From NCBI GenBank assembly GCA_030141605.1, contig JAQGDQ010001566.1, forward strand, positions 1 to 34,576: a stretch of DNA of 34,576 nt, in the 5' to 3' direction. A program made the translations under genes and the position numbers. Source of the DNA: Tubiluchus corallicola. Lineage: Eukaryota > Animalia > Priapulida. This document shows positions 23,736 to 34,576 of the stretch, one piece after another. Under the pieces are notes generated by a model. The model had not been told where the DNA came from. It ran no database searches and worked only from the letters and a program-made list of their open reading frames with translations. Positions within the stretch are counted from its first letter, which is position 1, and each line of letters begins with the position of its first letter.

Positions 23736-25454
23736 ATTGCCAACTAGTACTAGATGAACACAAGACAGCTTTGAAAAATGCATCTGGTAATAGAACTTTA
23801 GGAATATTTACAGACACCGTGACGAAAATGTTTCAAACTGTATTTAAAAATTACACATCACTTAATTAGAAATATACTAATTAGTAATTAAAATTGGTTT
23901 CAGCAAAAAAATAAACTAGTGCAAGTAACTAATAATGTTACTAACAATAATTTTAATTAAATCTGCTATGAGCTGTTGAATGTAAATTTCAATTGTATAT
24001 GCAGAACTGTTTCGTAATTGTAATTGTAACTGTAATTATTGTATGTTACATCGAACTTATATAGATATAATTAACATATATGTGCCCTGCAATTACAGGG
24101 TTTAAAAGTTCTGAATCTATTTTTTCTAAATAAAAGATTTATAATAAAAAAATTTGCAAGCCCCACTTTCTCTGCAGCTTCCCTGCAAGTTGGTTTAAAA
24201 TCATCATCATCATTATTTACTCGTTGTTACGATTATCCCCGCTTGTTAGAGAAATAATGAGAAGAACTCGAGGACGCTCTCTAAGATCTCGAGGAAGCTG
24301 AGGAGCTCTTTGGCTTCTCTCGTTTGTGCGAGATGCTGCTGATGCACGCATGGCTGCTCCGTCATTAATTAACCAAATAATTCTATGTAGTCGCTAATTA
24401 TCGGCGCGGAGACAATTACTAGCTGACAAGATGACGTAATAGCTGTCGCAGCTTCCCTAAAAGATAATCGAGATGTTATTAACACGTGAAAGCTTTAGAT
24501 AAAGCGATAGACATGGATGCTGCAATTAAATTACAGCAGTTCAGACACGTTGGTGATGTAATAATGGTTTGACAGCAGCGCCGCCCTATTGGCGTGTTCT
24601 TGAAAGGAAAGAACAAGTCACTCAGTATCTTGAGTTTAGTTTACTGTTATCACTTAAACTTTGAAAAATATAACAAAGAAATTTGCAAAGAACTGCATAT
24701 AAAGCATGAATTTACAATAAACGGCCTCTGAATAGAAATTTTCAGGCGTGGTGGTTGCCGCCATTAACTTGAAAATTATGACGTAACAGGGAGACTTCGT
24801 GACTTTTCGTAAGCACGTCGTGGCTTTACGTAATTGCACACTGCTTAAACTAATTCAAACTTCTGCAGCTTACCTAACGTTCATGCAAAAATGTTGCACA
24901 ATTAGCTATCTAATTATTTTGTAAAAACTTATTATACTTTTGGTAAAAATTGTTAGTGCACTACTTTTCTTCAAGACGAATGACGTCATTGGAAGAACAA
25001 TGGGGAATGAAAAGTGGACCGCCCAAGGATGAAGTGATCGCGACTTTAAAGTGATTTCACGAATTACACGAGGCGGTTATTGCAGTTTTATTACTAAATC
25101 CTTCTAACGTTTTCGCGAACATATTGAAATAAGCTTGACTTCTCAGAAGGCTTGACCTTTCCTTTAACTGCCCGTGTTGAAACTTATTTATGGATGGATT
25201 TCCTGTAACTGTTTGCTGTAGCTACTGCCTTTATTCAACGCACAATGTTTAATCTATGAACTTGAATAAAAAAAATAAATACGCCAGTTTATTTCTTAAA
25301 ACCGCCGTTGACATAAGGTGGTCATCTTGACGGCGCAAAAATACGTGGTAAGTTTGTAGCTTTACGTAAATACGCATCTAGTTTTTAGCGAGCTATTAAA
25401 GCTTTTATACAAGGCAGCAAAATAACCGCTTTTTGTGTGTTAGTAGTAAAACAA

Positions 25455-25790
25455 ATTAAGTTACTGCAGACGGCTTTGCTTTGCCGACATGTCACGTGAC
25501 AGTTGTAGCTAAGACACGTTGCTGTGGTACACTTAACCTTTGACCTACAGCAAGTGCGTCTGCCCAAAACGAAACGATGAAAAGGCTTATGAAAGTAACA
25601 ATTTTGTAGGGGCGCTAGTTCTAACACACCACAGGTAATTATTGACCAGCGCTTTATAAATAAGAGCCTGGCTAGCAGAGACAACAAAAATTTACATTTT
25701 ACACCTATACAGTTCGTACCTTAATGTTTTTGTGCTGCTGAGACTTTTCTGTCAGAAAGCAGTTAAAAAATTTATAATATAACATGTTTC
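25455..25790 (-). mobile_element. Dispersed repeat family C copy (inverted)
   Basis: Reverse complement of 23445-23610 plus an outer TTTTTGTGC(C/T)GC segment shared with ~27180-27420, 27900-28075, 29960-30150 and 32220-32460. Confidence 0.7.
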
Positions 25791-26039
25791 TGATAAAAAT
25801 TGCCTAAAGAAGTTAATTTCGTGCTTAAGAATTTCGTGCAATAGAAAGATATAAGGACAAATCCACGAGTTGAAACTTAACAGTAAGGAAGCAACTATCT
25901 AACTGCAGGGATAACCCTCCCTGTAAAAACTTATTCTTTCGACTTTATTATTAAAACAACGCAAGTTTTTTAAACTTTAAATTTACTATTGGTTAAAAAC
26001 ATGTCCAAACGTTTCAACAGCAAGTCTTATAGCAATCTT

Positions 26040-27138
26040 CGCTTACACAAACGTGCTTGATGCACAGGAAAGATGCCCACCATTGCACAAACTGTGGCTA
26101 GATTAATGCTGATGATGTGGCATGGATTACAAGAAACAAAGAAGAAGTAGATGAAATAAAAAACTCAATAGAGGAAAAACTGAACAGAATGGATCTCGTT
26201 GTAAACAAAAATAAAACTGAAGAGTTTCATATAACACGCCATGGTGATGAATCATGGCAAAGATGCAAGTATCTCGGTAGTCTGCTGGCTACAGAGGACG
26301 ACATATCAAGACGGAAGATAATGGCATTATCAGCTTACTCAAAACTCACAAAAGTTTTTGAGAATAGGAAGATTTCTTTGGAAACAAAAATTAGAATATT
26401 CTCAGCCTTAGTCGAAACTATATTTCTGTATAACTCTAAGCTCTGGACATTAGAAGCAAATCACAAAGCTGAAATCGATGCGTTTCAAAGGCGAAATTAC
26501 AGAAACATTTTGGGTATTAGATGGCCAAAGAAAATTTCAAACAAAGATATGAAAAAATAAAAGAACCTTGGACAAGAAAAATAAAAAGACGCCATTTAAG
26601 ATGGATTGGGCATATGCTTAGACTACCTGTTGATATTCCAGTGAAGACAGCTCTTCAACAAGCCATAGAACCAGCTAAAAAACCTGCAGGACAAATGTTA
26701 ACATGTTTAGATCTTGCACAGAAAGATTTAAACACTTCAGCATTGATCCTTAGAGATAAATGCACTTGGGGCATTGCGGCGAGCAGGGAGTCCTGGCATA
26801 GGGAGGTGAGCAGAATCATGTCCCTGGACGTGTGATTCATTGGATGATGATGATGATGATCTGGCATAGGGAGGTGAGCAGAATCATGTCACTGGACGAA
26901 TGATTCATTGGATGATGATGATGATGATGATGATGATCTGGCATAGGGAGGTGAGCAGAATCATGTCACTGGACGTGTGATTCGTTGAAGAAGAAGTAGC
27001 CTGCCGTAGTTAATTATCTTTCTAATTTTTCAAATTTTATAAGAAACAACTGCTAACTTTTATAGGCAGGAAGATGTATATTTTGAACAGTAAATTAAAA
27101 TGAGATTGAGTCTAAACAATCGTCCGGTTTTCCTTTAA
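26040..27138 (-). mobile_element. Kolobok-like family B element interrupted by an RTE LINE
   Basis: 26040-26103 and ~27000-27138 are reverse complements of nearly adjacent parts of 33231-33460; terminus GTCCGGTTTTCCTTTAA at 27138. Confidence 0.75.
26105..26996 (+). mobile_element. 5'-truncated, frameshifted RTE-clade LINE (reverse transcriptase C-terminal half)
   Basis: Begins at N-A-D-D (remnant of the YADD motif), then VNKNKT, KYLGS, LY...WTL, AFQRR...ILGIRW; frameshift near 26550-26560; RHLRWIGHMLR and AASRESW in the second frame; stop at 26835; (GAT)n/(GAA)n tails. Confidence 0.9.
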
Positions 27139-28114
27139 TACAACATGTCTGCATTGATGAAAAGTTAAAAGAACAATTCTATAAGGTTGCTGGTCTTAAC
27201 ACACCACAATCAATTATGTCAATTTCATCTATAAGAAAGGCTTCGCTATTAACAGCAACTTGTAGAGTTTTACCAAAGATTTGGTCAAATGTCATTATTT
27301 TTGTGCCGCTAAGTTGACTTGCATGTCAGAAGCGGTTGAATAAAATTAATTTAAGGTATTTTTATTTAAATTTTTGATTTTGAAAAACCTTTAGACGTAG
27401 TTTTCCATAGTATAAAAACAATGCATCGTGATTATATTGTTTTGATACTGATTTTGTACTGAGTACATTAGGTTTCACTTCTGCCACACGTATTCAGCAT
27501 TAGTAACAGCTGGTTACTTCTATTCTACAATTTATCATTATTGCACAAAATAATTTCATAATGTCGAGTGCTGTAGAACTGATGTACTTCATCAGTTGCC
27601 ATAATTCTGACCATAATGACAGTTTGGTACAACAAAAATAGTTAATTTCGAATAATTTTTTAGTTAACGAATTACGTTTACGCATTCTGATTAGTTCATA
27701 CGGCACAGGTGGAAAGTTCCAAAGACCGTCATTTTTAACACACCACAAGCAATTACATTAGCCCATCTTATAAGTGCAACTCTGCAAATCAGGACCATAT
27801 TAAGGACATTATAAATCTACCGTATTGATTAGAAACATTATTTCGTAGATTTTTATAACGTAAATATTGCGTTTCAGAAATTTCAGAAATCGAAATTTTA
27901 ATCAAAAAGACTTTAAATTTTTTTCAAACGCTTTTTGACTTAAAAGTCATTTTAGCGACACAAAAATAGCAAAGTCAATAACACAAAGTGTGAAGCCTTT
28001 CTTATAGAAGGAGATTACATAATTACCTGTGGTGTGCAAAAACAAGATGTCTGTAAAATGATATTTTAATTTTCGGAAGAAGTGTACAATTCCCTAGACA
28101 ATTTAAATACAGTA

Positions 28115-28160
28115 ATCCTATTGCTAACCCTATTGCTAACCCTAAGCCAACCCTAATAAC
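28115..28160. repeat. Short degenerate (TAACCC)-like telomere-motif tract
   Basis: CCTATTGCTAACCCTATTGCTAACCCTAAGCCAACCCTAATAACCCC. Confidence 0.5.
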
Positions 28161-28464
28161 CCCAACTCTACCCTAATCCGCTTCACCAACTGATTTTTGT
28201 GTGTGGAATTAATTGTAAACTTTGACCTGATTTTTAATCAAAGCAGAAATTGTATAAATTGTATATCAATAAATAAATATGTAGACTAATTCGTAAGTTA
28301 TTTATCATCTATTTCCACGCCAGGAGACGAATGAAGCCATAACGATTAAAGGAGTGACACTCTTCAAAACCCTCCTGTTGTTTGCCACCACTTTGCCACT
28401 CACTCCAGCTTCACCATCTTTCGCAATGCTCTCTATTACCACAATCCTTCTTCATGTTGTAATG

Positions 28465-28545
28465 CAGTAAAATCCGCTTATAACGAGTTTCAAGGCACCG
28501 TGAAAATTCGCACGCTATAACCGAGTTCGTTATAGCCGAAGTAAA
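28465..28545 (+). mobile_element. Possible solo pogo/Tigger-like (Tc1/mariner) terminus
   Basis: CAGTAAAATCCGCTTATAACGA...GTTCGTTATAGCCGA resembles pogo-type CAGT ends with TATAAC/GTTATA subrepeats. No partner TIR or TA TSD seen. Confidence 0.35.
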
Positions 28546-28885
28546 TTGTCCGAGAGCATTACAACCAAATGGTTAAACTACAAAACAGCATAAAATGACA
28601 AAATATAAAAACTTATAAAAGAATAATCAAGGTAGAACCGTACAGCAACAAGCATTATTACACTGTTACAAGATACATGAACGAAATAAATTTAAATTAG
28701 TCAAAATTTAAGTTTGGAAATTAAATAAGCCATTTGAGATAAAACTGTTCTTGTATCTCTCTGTTCTGTATCGAGGTAAGGGTGGTAGCGAGTGCTATAT
28801 CTACGACCATTAGGGTGTGGTGAAAATAACTTTTTTATCCAATCTTTTTACAGCTTTTCCTAATTTGGAGGTTTGATGAGATACT

Positions 28886-29168
28886 TATTGTTGTTGTTGG
28901 CAACCTTCTGTCTCGGAAGACAATGGAGTGTGCGCCAAGAGATTCAGTTATTGATCACATTGATGGAGCTGCAGCGTCGACTGTGGCTGAGCAGTCCGAT
29001 CCTTGAACGTCTCCAGGGCGCATGCCTGGGCAAGGTGTATGGAGATCCTGAGTTGTCCAGAGAACAGGAACCCCCTCTCTTTCTCCCTGGTGTAGTCCAA
29101 AGGAAAGCTGAGCGATACGTTTGGCACCAGGTTGACTGCAGGAGCTGCCGGAGTCGTGAGCATGCTGC
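28886..29168 (-). mobile_element. Short non-autonomous bipartite RTE/BovB-like retroposon
   Basis: Perfect 10-bp TSD ATGAGATACT (28876-28885, 29169-29178); minus-strand tail (CAA)n; minus-strand SRIGLLSHSRRCS matches the RTE/BovB C-terminal Cys/His motif; the rest resembles an RTE 5' UTR (from recall, unverified). Confidence 0.8.
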
Positions 29169-29320
29169 ATGAGATACTAACATGGGTAAATTTTCAGCTT
29201 TATTAAGCTTTGGGAACACGTGTCTCCAGTTATCTTAAGATTGCTGAATTTTGCTCATTTGTGTAGTAATTTGACAAAGTTTAAAAACTATTATATCCAC
29301 TCCACTCACCTAGTCATTGG

Positions 29321-29592
29321 CAGGGCCCATTTCAGCCTAGGCGAGGCCCAGGGAAGTGGGGCGTGTGAGGCCCCATTGGGGGGGGGGGGGGGGGTGTCAA
29401 AGCACTGGGGGGCGGGCGCTACCATGGTTGGCGCCCAGAACATTTTTGAACTGCTACAACGCCGGAGAAGCATTTTCGAAGAGAAACTATGGAGTTATAC
29501 AGTTGTTAAAGGAAAGAAAAATTGAAAGAAAAACTGCTTTATCCTCAAGACCAGTCCTTAATACTTGTCAATACTGGCAAACGGCGTGCGTG

Positions 29593-29680
<88 letters not shown>

Positions 29681-29710
29681 CCCCACTTCCCCCCCTTGAA
29701 ATAGGCCCTG
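29321..29710. mobile_element. hAT-like MITE carrying G17 and (GA)n
   Basis: TIR CAGGGCCCATTTCA / TGAAATAGGCCCTG (13/14), 8-bp TSD GTCATTGG (29313-29320) / GTCATGGG (29711-29718). Confidence 0.88.
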
Positions 29711-30211
29711 GTCATGGGCATCTGACAACAGAATGTGGATCTTTTTACAGTTTATTAGGATTGGTAAGAACAATCTTTTAGAAGAATTTTAAACAAATGT
29801 TGAAGATTAACCAAAACTAGCACATTTACATCGTGTGTCAGTCGAAGTAGCTGTTTGTCCGTTTCTCAACTTCACACTGAATTTTAAGTTTTAACTCAAC
29901 AGTTTCTGTTCCACGCACAAATGCCTGTAAGCCTCAGAAAAGGACATTTTAACCGAAAATGTTTTTAATTAATTATCCTTTACCGCCTTGTGACAGTCAT
30001 TCCGGCGGCACAAAAATATTAGCATTTTTATAGGTGTAAAATGTAATTTTTGTGGTTGTGAAGGTCTTCGCTAATATAAAGGACTACCCGAAGCAATTGT
30101 TTGTGGTGTGTTAAAAAGTAGCGCCCTTTCAAAATTGACATTTCAAGAGTTCATTCATTTCCAATTTGCATCTTACAATTATCATTAAAATACAGATAAT
30201 TATCCATTAAG

Positions 30212-30590
30212 TAAATATAAATATAAATATAAATATAAATATAAATATAAATATAAATATAAATATAAATATAAATATAAATATAAATATAAATATAAAT
30301 ATAAATATAAATATAAATATAAATATAAATATAAATATAAATATAAATATAAATATAAATATAAATATAAAGATAAATATAAATATAAATATAAATATAA
30401 ATATAAATATAAATATAAATATAAATATAAATATAAATATAAATATAAATATAAATATAAATATAAATATAAATATAAATATAAATATAAATATAAATAT
30501 AAATATAAATATAAATATAAATATAAATATAAATATAAATATAAATATAAATATAAATATAAATATAAATATAAATATAAATATAAATAA
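30212..30590. repeat. (TAAATA)n hexanucleotide microsatellite
   Basis: Directly visible, nearly perfect. Confidence 0.98.
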
Positions 30591-31020
30591 ATGTACTATT
30601 ATCGAGAAATTACAAAATGCATTTTAATTTTCTTTCGATGCAAACATGTTGTAGAACTAATTAGAAAACGCTAGTGTAAATTTTTAAATATTTAATTCCT
30701 TAGTAACTTATTGTTTTTAATTATTACTTGCTACTTTATTTGCAAGTAACTACTTTCAATTTTAGTGAATTTGTGAACATCTGGGTATTTCGTCTAAAAC
30801 TAGCAAAAAATTGGAAAATTCTCCTCAATCCAGCATTAATGACCACATTTGTGCCTCTGGCCACAAAGCTGATTTTATCAATTTCAGCATTGTGTCCAGA
30901 ACTACAACTAACTGGGACTTATTAATAAAACAAAGTTTATCTATGTACCCTAATAAGGCTTCTCTTAATGTACGAAGCAGTTCAATTCCTTTAACTTTAT
31001 TTTCAAACACTTAGCTATTT

Positions 31021-31560
31021 GTTACTGTATTGATTTCTTTTCTTCAGGTCTGCTTATTTGGCTTTTGTAAATACATAATTAGTGCTTAAGTTACTGTATC
31101 AATTTCTTTTCTACTGGTCTGCTTAATCATTACATATTTGGTTTTGTAAATACATAATTAGTGCTTAAGTTACTGTATCAATTTCTTTTCTACTGGTCTG
31201 CTTAATCGCTACCTATTTGGTTTTGTAAATACATAATTAGTGCATAAATTACTGTATCAATTTCTTTTCTACTGGTCTGCTTAATCATTACATATTTGGT
31301 TTTGTAAATACATAATTAGTGCTTAAGTTACTGTATCAATTTCTTTTCTACTGGTCTGCTTAATCATTACATATTTGGTTTTGTAAATACATAATTAGTG
31401 CTTAAGTTACTGTATCAATTTCTTTACTGGTCTGTTTAATCGCTACCTATTTGGTTTTGTAAATACATAATTAGTGCTTAAATTACTGTATCAATTTCTT
31501 TTCTACTGGTCTGCTTAATCATTACATATTTGGCTTCTGTTAACTACTTAACTAGTGCAC
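31021..31560. repeat. 79-bp minisatellite, ~6.5 copies
   Basis: TTTTGTAAATACATAATTAGTGC starts at 31063, 31142, 31221, 31300, 31379, 31454. Confidence 0.95.
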
Positions 31561-32039
31561 AATAGGCTCTGCCTATACAAACTGGTTGTATATTTTTCTA
31601 GTTATACGTAAATTCGCGGGGGTGTGTTCAACAGAGGCAGTTGCACATAATTACTTCCTCGACGAAGTTTAACGGGAAGAAAAGGGAATTTTAAATAATC
31701 CCATCCAGAGTATTGCATCCCACAGAAAAAAACTTTCTATACTTAGCATTACGCTTACCTGTTTGAAACATTTAAAATGTGACTAGAAAAGAAAATTCTT
31801 AGCTATTTAAAACTTTCACACCACCAGGTAAAACGTCATTGCACCGCCATCCCAGTGTGCACCACTGGTTCACCCAAAACACGTTACTGACTTACTGAAG
31901 TAATTTAAAGTTTTTCTTAGTTAGTGAAGAGTGTGCTACGAATATTCTGATAATTTTTTCAAACTTTATAGGCTGCAGCGCAGTGCCTGAGGGACCTCCA
32001 GAGATTAAGCGAAATTAATTTAGCTTTAAGAGATTTAGC

Positions 32040-32219
32040 GAATGGCAAAATGCACGTGACAGTGGATTGTGTTTGTGTGGTAATAATTCTCTCACGTAAG
32101 TCACATATTTATATTTTATACATCAAATATTTTGAAAATATAAATGTGTTTGCTTTCAAGATTTTAAAGAATAGTTTATGTTGACATGTAATTTAAGATT
32201 GGGTCCAGTTTTGCTTTAA
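32040..32219 (+). mobile_element. Kolobok-like family A 3' fragment
   Basis: ATTGTGTTTGTGTGGTAATAATTCT...TTTAAGATTGGGTCCAGTTTTGCTTTAA as in copies 1 and 2. Confidence 0.7.
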
Positions 32220-32534
32220 AATAACAATTTTCTAAGGGGGCTGATTTTAACACACCACAGCCAATTACGCCCGGGCATTCTATAAGAGAAACTGGGCGAC
32301 TAGAACAGTACGTATTAAAATTTGGTTGAAACCCAAATATTTTTGTGCCGCTGGAAAGATTTTTATGTCGCACGTCGGGTTGAATTTAATCAACTTAACG
32401 TATTTCTTATCTTTTAATTTTTAAAACTGTTAGACCGAGTTTTTCACGTTATAAAAATGTTTTCGGCCACAAAAATATTTTGACTATTGATACAGTATTA
32501 ATCAGCAGCGTTTCTTGCGCTTTAACTTTATTAG

Positions 32535-32700
32535 TAAGCCTTTTCAGCGATTGATGATGATCGTAAAAAGGTCAAAGGTTAAGTGTACCAGATAACACAT
32601 TTGTGTACACTTGACAACGCATCGTCCGTGCTATTGTAATTAAGAAAAGGAACGAATGCTAGCTATACCTAGTTCATTTTTCCCTGTTCTCAAGCATGAT
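32535..32700 (-). mobile_element. Dispersed repeat family C fragment
   Basis: Reverse complement of ~13580-13750. Confidence 0.7.
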
Positions 32701-33230
32701 CCCCCAGGGTGCGTCACTCACTAACCAAAAACCAATTTTTAATCTTATTGACGAGATACAGTAATTTACAATTTTACTTAGTCAGTAATACGTGTGCTTA
32801 CGAATACTCTGATTACTTTTTCAAACTACATGCAATGCTATCTAAATTTGTATGAAATGAGCTACCATCAAAATGGCTGTATCTAAGAGTCATCGCGGGA
32901 GTTCAAATGTTTTATACGGAGTTACTGCCGATGCAAGCCCTGTATGCAAAAAGGGCGTGGAGGGTTTCCTTGTGCTTTAATGTGTTACACCTGGACTATC
33001 TCCTAGACGAAATTATTACATTCAGGTTTAAACAAAGTTTACCATTTACAACATTGTCATCGCATGTTGGCACTGCTGCATTGTAACTACATTTAAAAAA
33101 TAATAACTTTTTATGTTGTTTGGTTTTGTTATCATAATGCTATTTTTACATATATACTATCAATTATTATATACTATATGGTATATTATATTCTATCCAC
33201 ATTCTGACATAATAAAATGCATATTCGAAA

Positions 33231-33460
33231 TTAAAGTAAGACCGGATGATTGTCTAGACTCGATCTCATTTTAATTTACTGTCCAAAATATACATTTTCT
33301 TGCCTATAAAATTTAGCAATTGTTTCTTATGTTTGAATAAATCAGCTTAGGAAGTTAAGTAACGGTAACCGAACACAGTTATTGCTTACGTCAGAAACTA
33401 ACCACAGTTTGTGCAATGGCGGGCATCTTCACCTGCACGTCAAGCACATTTGCGTAAGTG
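33231..33460 (+). mobile_element. Kolobok-like family B 5' portion (uninterrupted counterpart of 26040-27138)
   Basis: TTAAAGTAAGACCGGATGA terminus; distant similarity to the family A 5' end (CATTTT..TATACATTTT..CA(C/G)AAACTAAC). Confidence 0.7.
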
Positions 33461-34189
33461 TTACTGCTTAAATGTGTGATGTTCATGTCACTCATATGAC
33501 GTCAGAAACTAACACTGCAGTTCATGATCATGGTTATCACGGTACCGCCTTCTGTTTGTCGGCCACGTGAATGTGACAAAAAAGCGCCGCTGCCAATCTT
33601 ATTAGATTCACTGAGACGCGCGCAGCTTTGAAAGTTTAACGAAATTTGAGTGTCCGAGGTAATTATTATTTAATCTAAGCTTTGACTTAAAATAAGCTAT
33701 TGTAGTTTTCAATATTTTAGAGCATTCTTTATTCTGAACTCATGTTTACACAATCGTCAAGTTTTCCACTAATTGAAAATAGTTACATTTTGTACAGAGT
33801 TACTGCCGACGCAAGCCTTGAATACAAAAAGATATGAAGCAGGTAAGTGGCATTGCAGTAAAATTAAACTATTGTTTTTAATTCTGGTTTAATTTCTTTG
33901 TTTTAGATGCCTTGACAATGAACAGTTTGTTCAAAACCAAACAAACTTCATTTGATGTAATTACAACTATTTTCCAAATATGGATAAATCAATGATAACA
34001 ACAATAGGTAAACAAGATTTTACGATTGGTTTCTGATTAGTTTATTTTCATAATCAATAATCAATCAATGTTTACATCAAAATATCTACATCCATCAGAA
34101 ATCCGACATTTATTACGATCGATTAAAATTACAAAAAAATGCGACGCTGCAGCACGGTCAAATGTTGGCACATTACAAAGTAGCAACAA

Positions 34190-34270
34190 TTTTCGTTACC
34201 ATGGCAACGCTGGCGTATTGGACTGACGTCAGTGTACACGGCGCGAGTTTTCTTGTTTTTGTAAACACCC
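34190..34270. promoter_or_regulatory. Promoter-like module: RFX X-box + CCAAT + CRE + Forkhead
   Basis: GTTACCATGGCAAC 34195-34208, ATTGG 34217-34221, ACTGACGTCAGT 34222-34233, TGTAAACA 34260-34267, locally CpG-rich. Confidence 0.6.
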
Positions 34271-34576
34271 ACAGGTATTTAACAGGCAGGTAAATGTTTC
34301 TTTGATAAATTTGTAAAAAATCTACAATATCAAACAAAAAATAAACAATTAGGGACTAATAAATCAATAAAAACGAAAATGGCAATGAGCAAACAAACAA
34401 ATAAACAAACAAACAAACAATAAGAAAACACAGAAGTTACACAGAGTCACCGAAGTTACAAATACCCAGACAGGAAGAAGTAAAACCGCATATATAATAC
34501 ATTAACTTCAGGAAAACGAACAAACCTTTGCCAAGGTGTGAATGTTTAACTGACCTTTGACTAACAATAAGTAAAA

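Noticed and set aside
28115-28160. Interstitial telomere
   Set aside because: Too short and degenerate; such tracts are common inside other repeats.
29075-29110. Hammerhead-like CTGGTGTAGTCCAAAGGAAAG
   Set aside because: Lacks the CUGANGA core and correct GAAA placement, and lies antisense to the element.
28873-29172. 99-aa plus-strand ORF with a signal-peptide-like start
   Set aside because: The hydrophobic start is the reverse of a (CAA)n tail, and the ORF is antisense to a TSD-bounded RTE derivative.
23347-32373. Apparent peptide family IxCGVLxxAxLxNCYF in three ORFs (23347, 25385, 32176)
   Set aside because: The similarity comes from the shared non-coding repeat family C; other copies have indels and no preserved frame.

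Overview
AT-rich, repeat-dense eukaryotic genomic DNA from an animal, probably a protostome invertebrate (inferred from the scarecrow-like homeodomain). The only clear host gene is the last coding exon of an NK2.1/NKX2-1/scarecrow homeobox gene (11305-11972, +), with homeodomain, NK2-specific domain and a conserved phase-1 splice acceptor. I could not find its upstream exon in the preceding 11.3 kb. The rest is intronic or intergenic and contains: a >3.2 kb foldback with 61-bp satellite arms; Kolobok-, piggyBac- and hAT-type non-autonomous DNA transposons; a 5'-truncated RTE LINE with a triplicated 3' end nested in a DNA transposon; a short bipartite RTE/BovB-like element with a perfect 10-bp TSD; many micro- and minisatellites. 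Candidate cis-regulatory features include a divergently oriented CTCF-like motif cluster, a transposon-borne invariant DR1+NK2 17-mer and an RFX X-box/CCAAT/CRE/Fox promoter-like module. Most other listed ORFs are translations of repeats. I see no convincing new multi-gene system. All coordinates and identities were read by eye, and family names not supported by visible TIR/TSD or protein motifs are inference.
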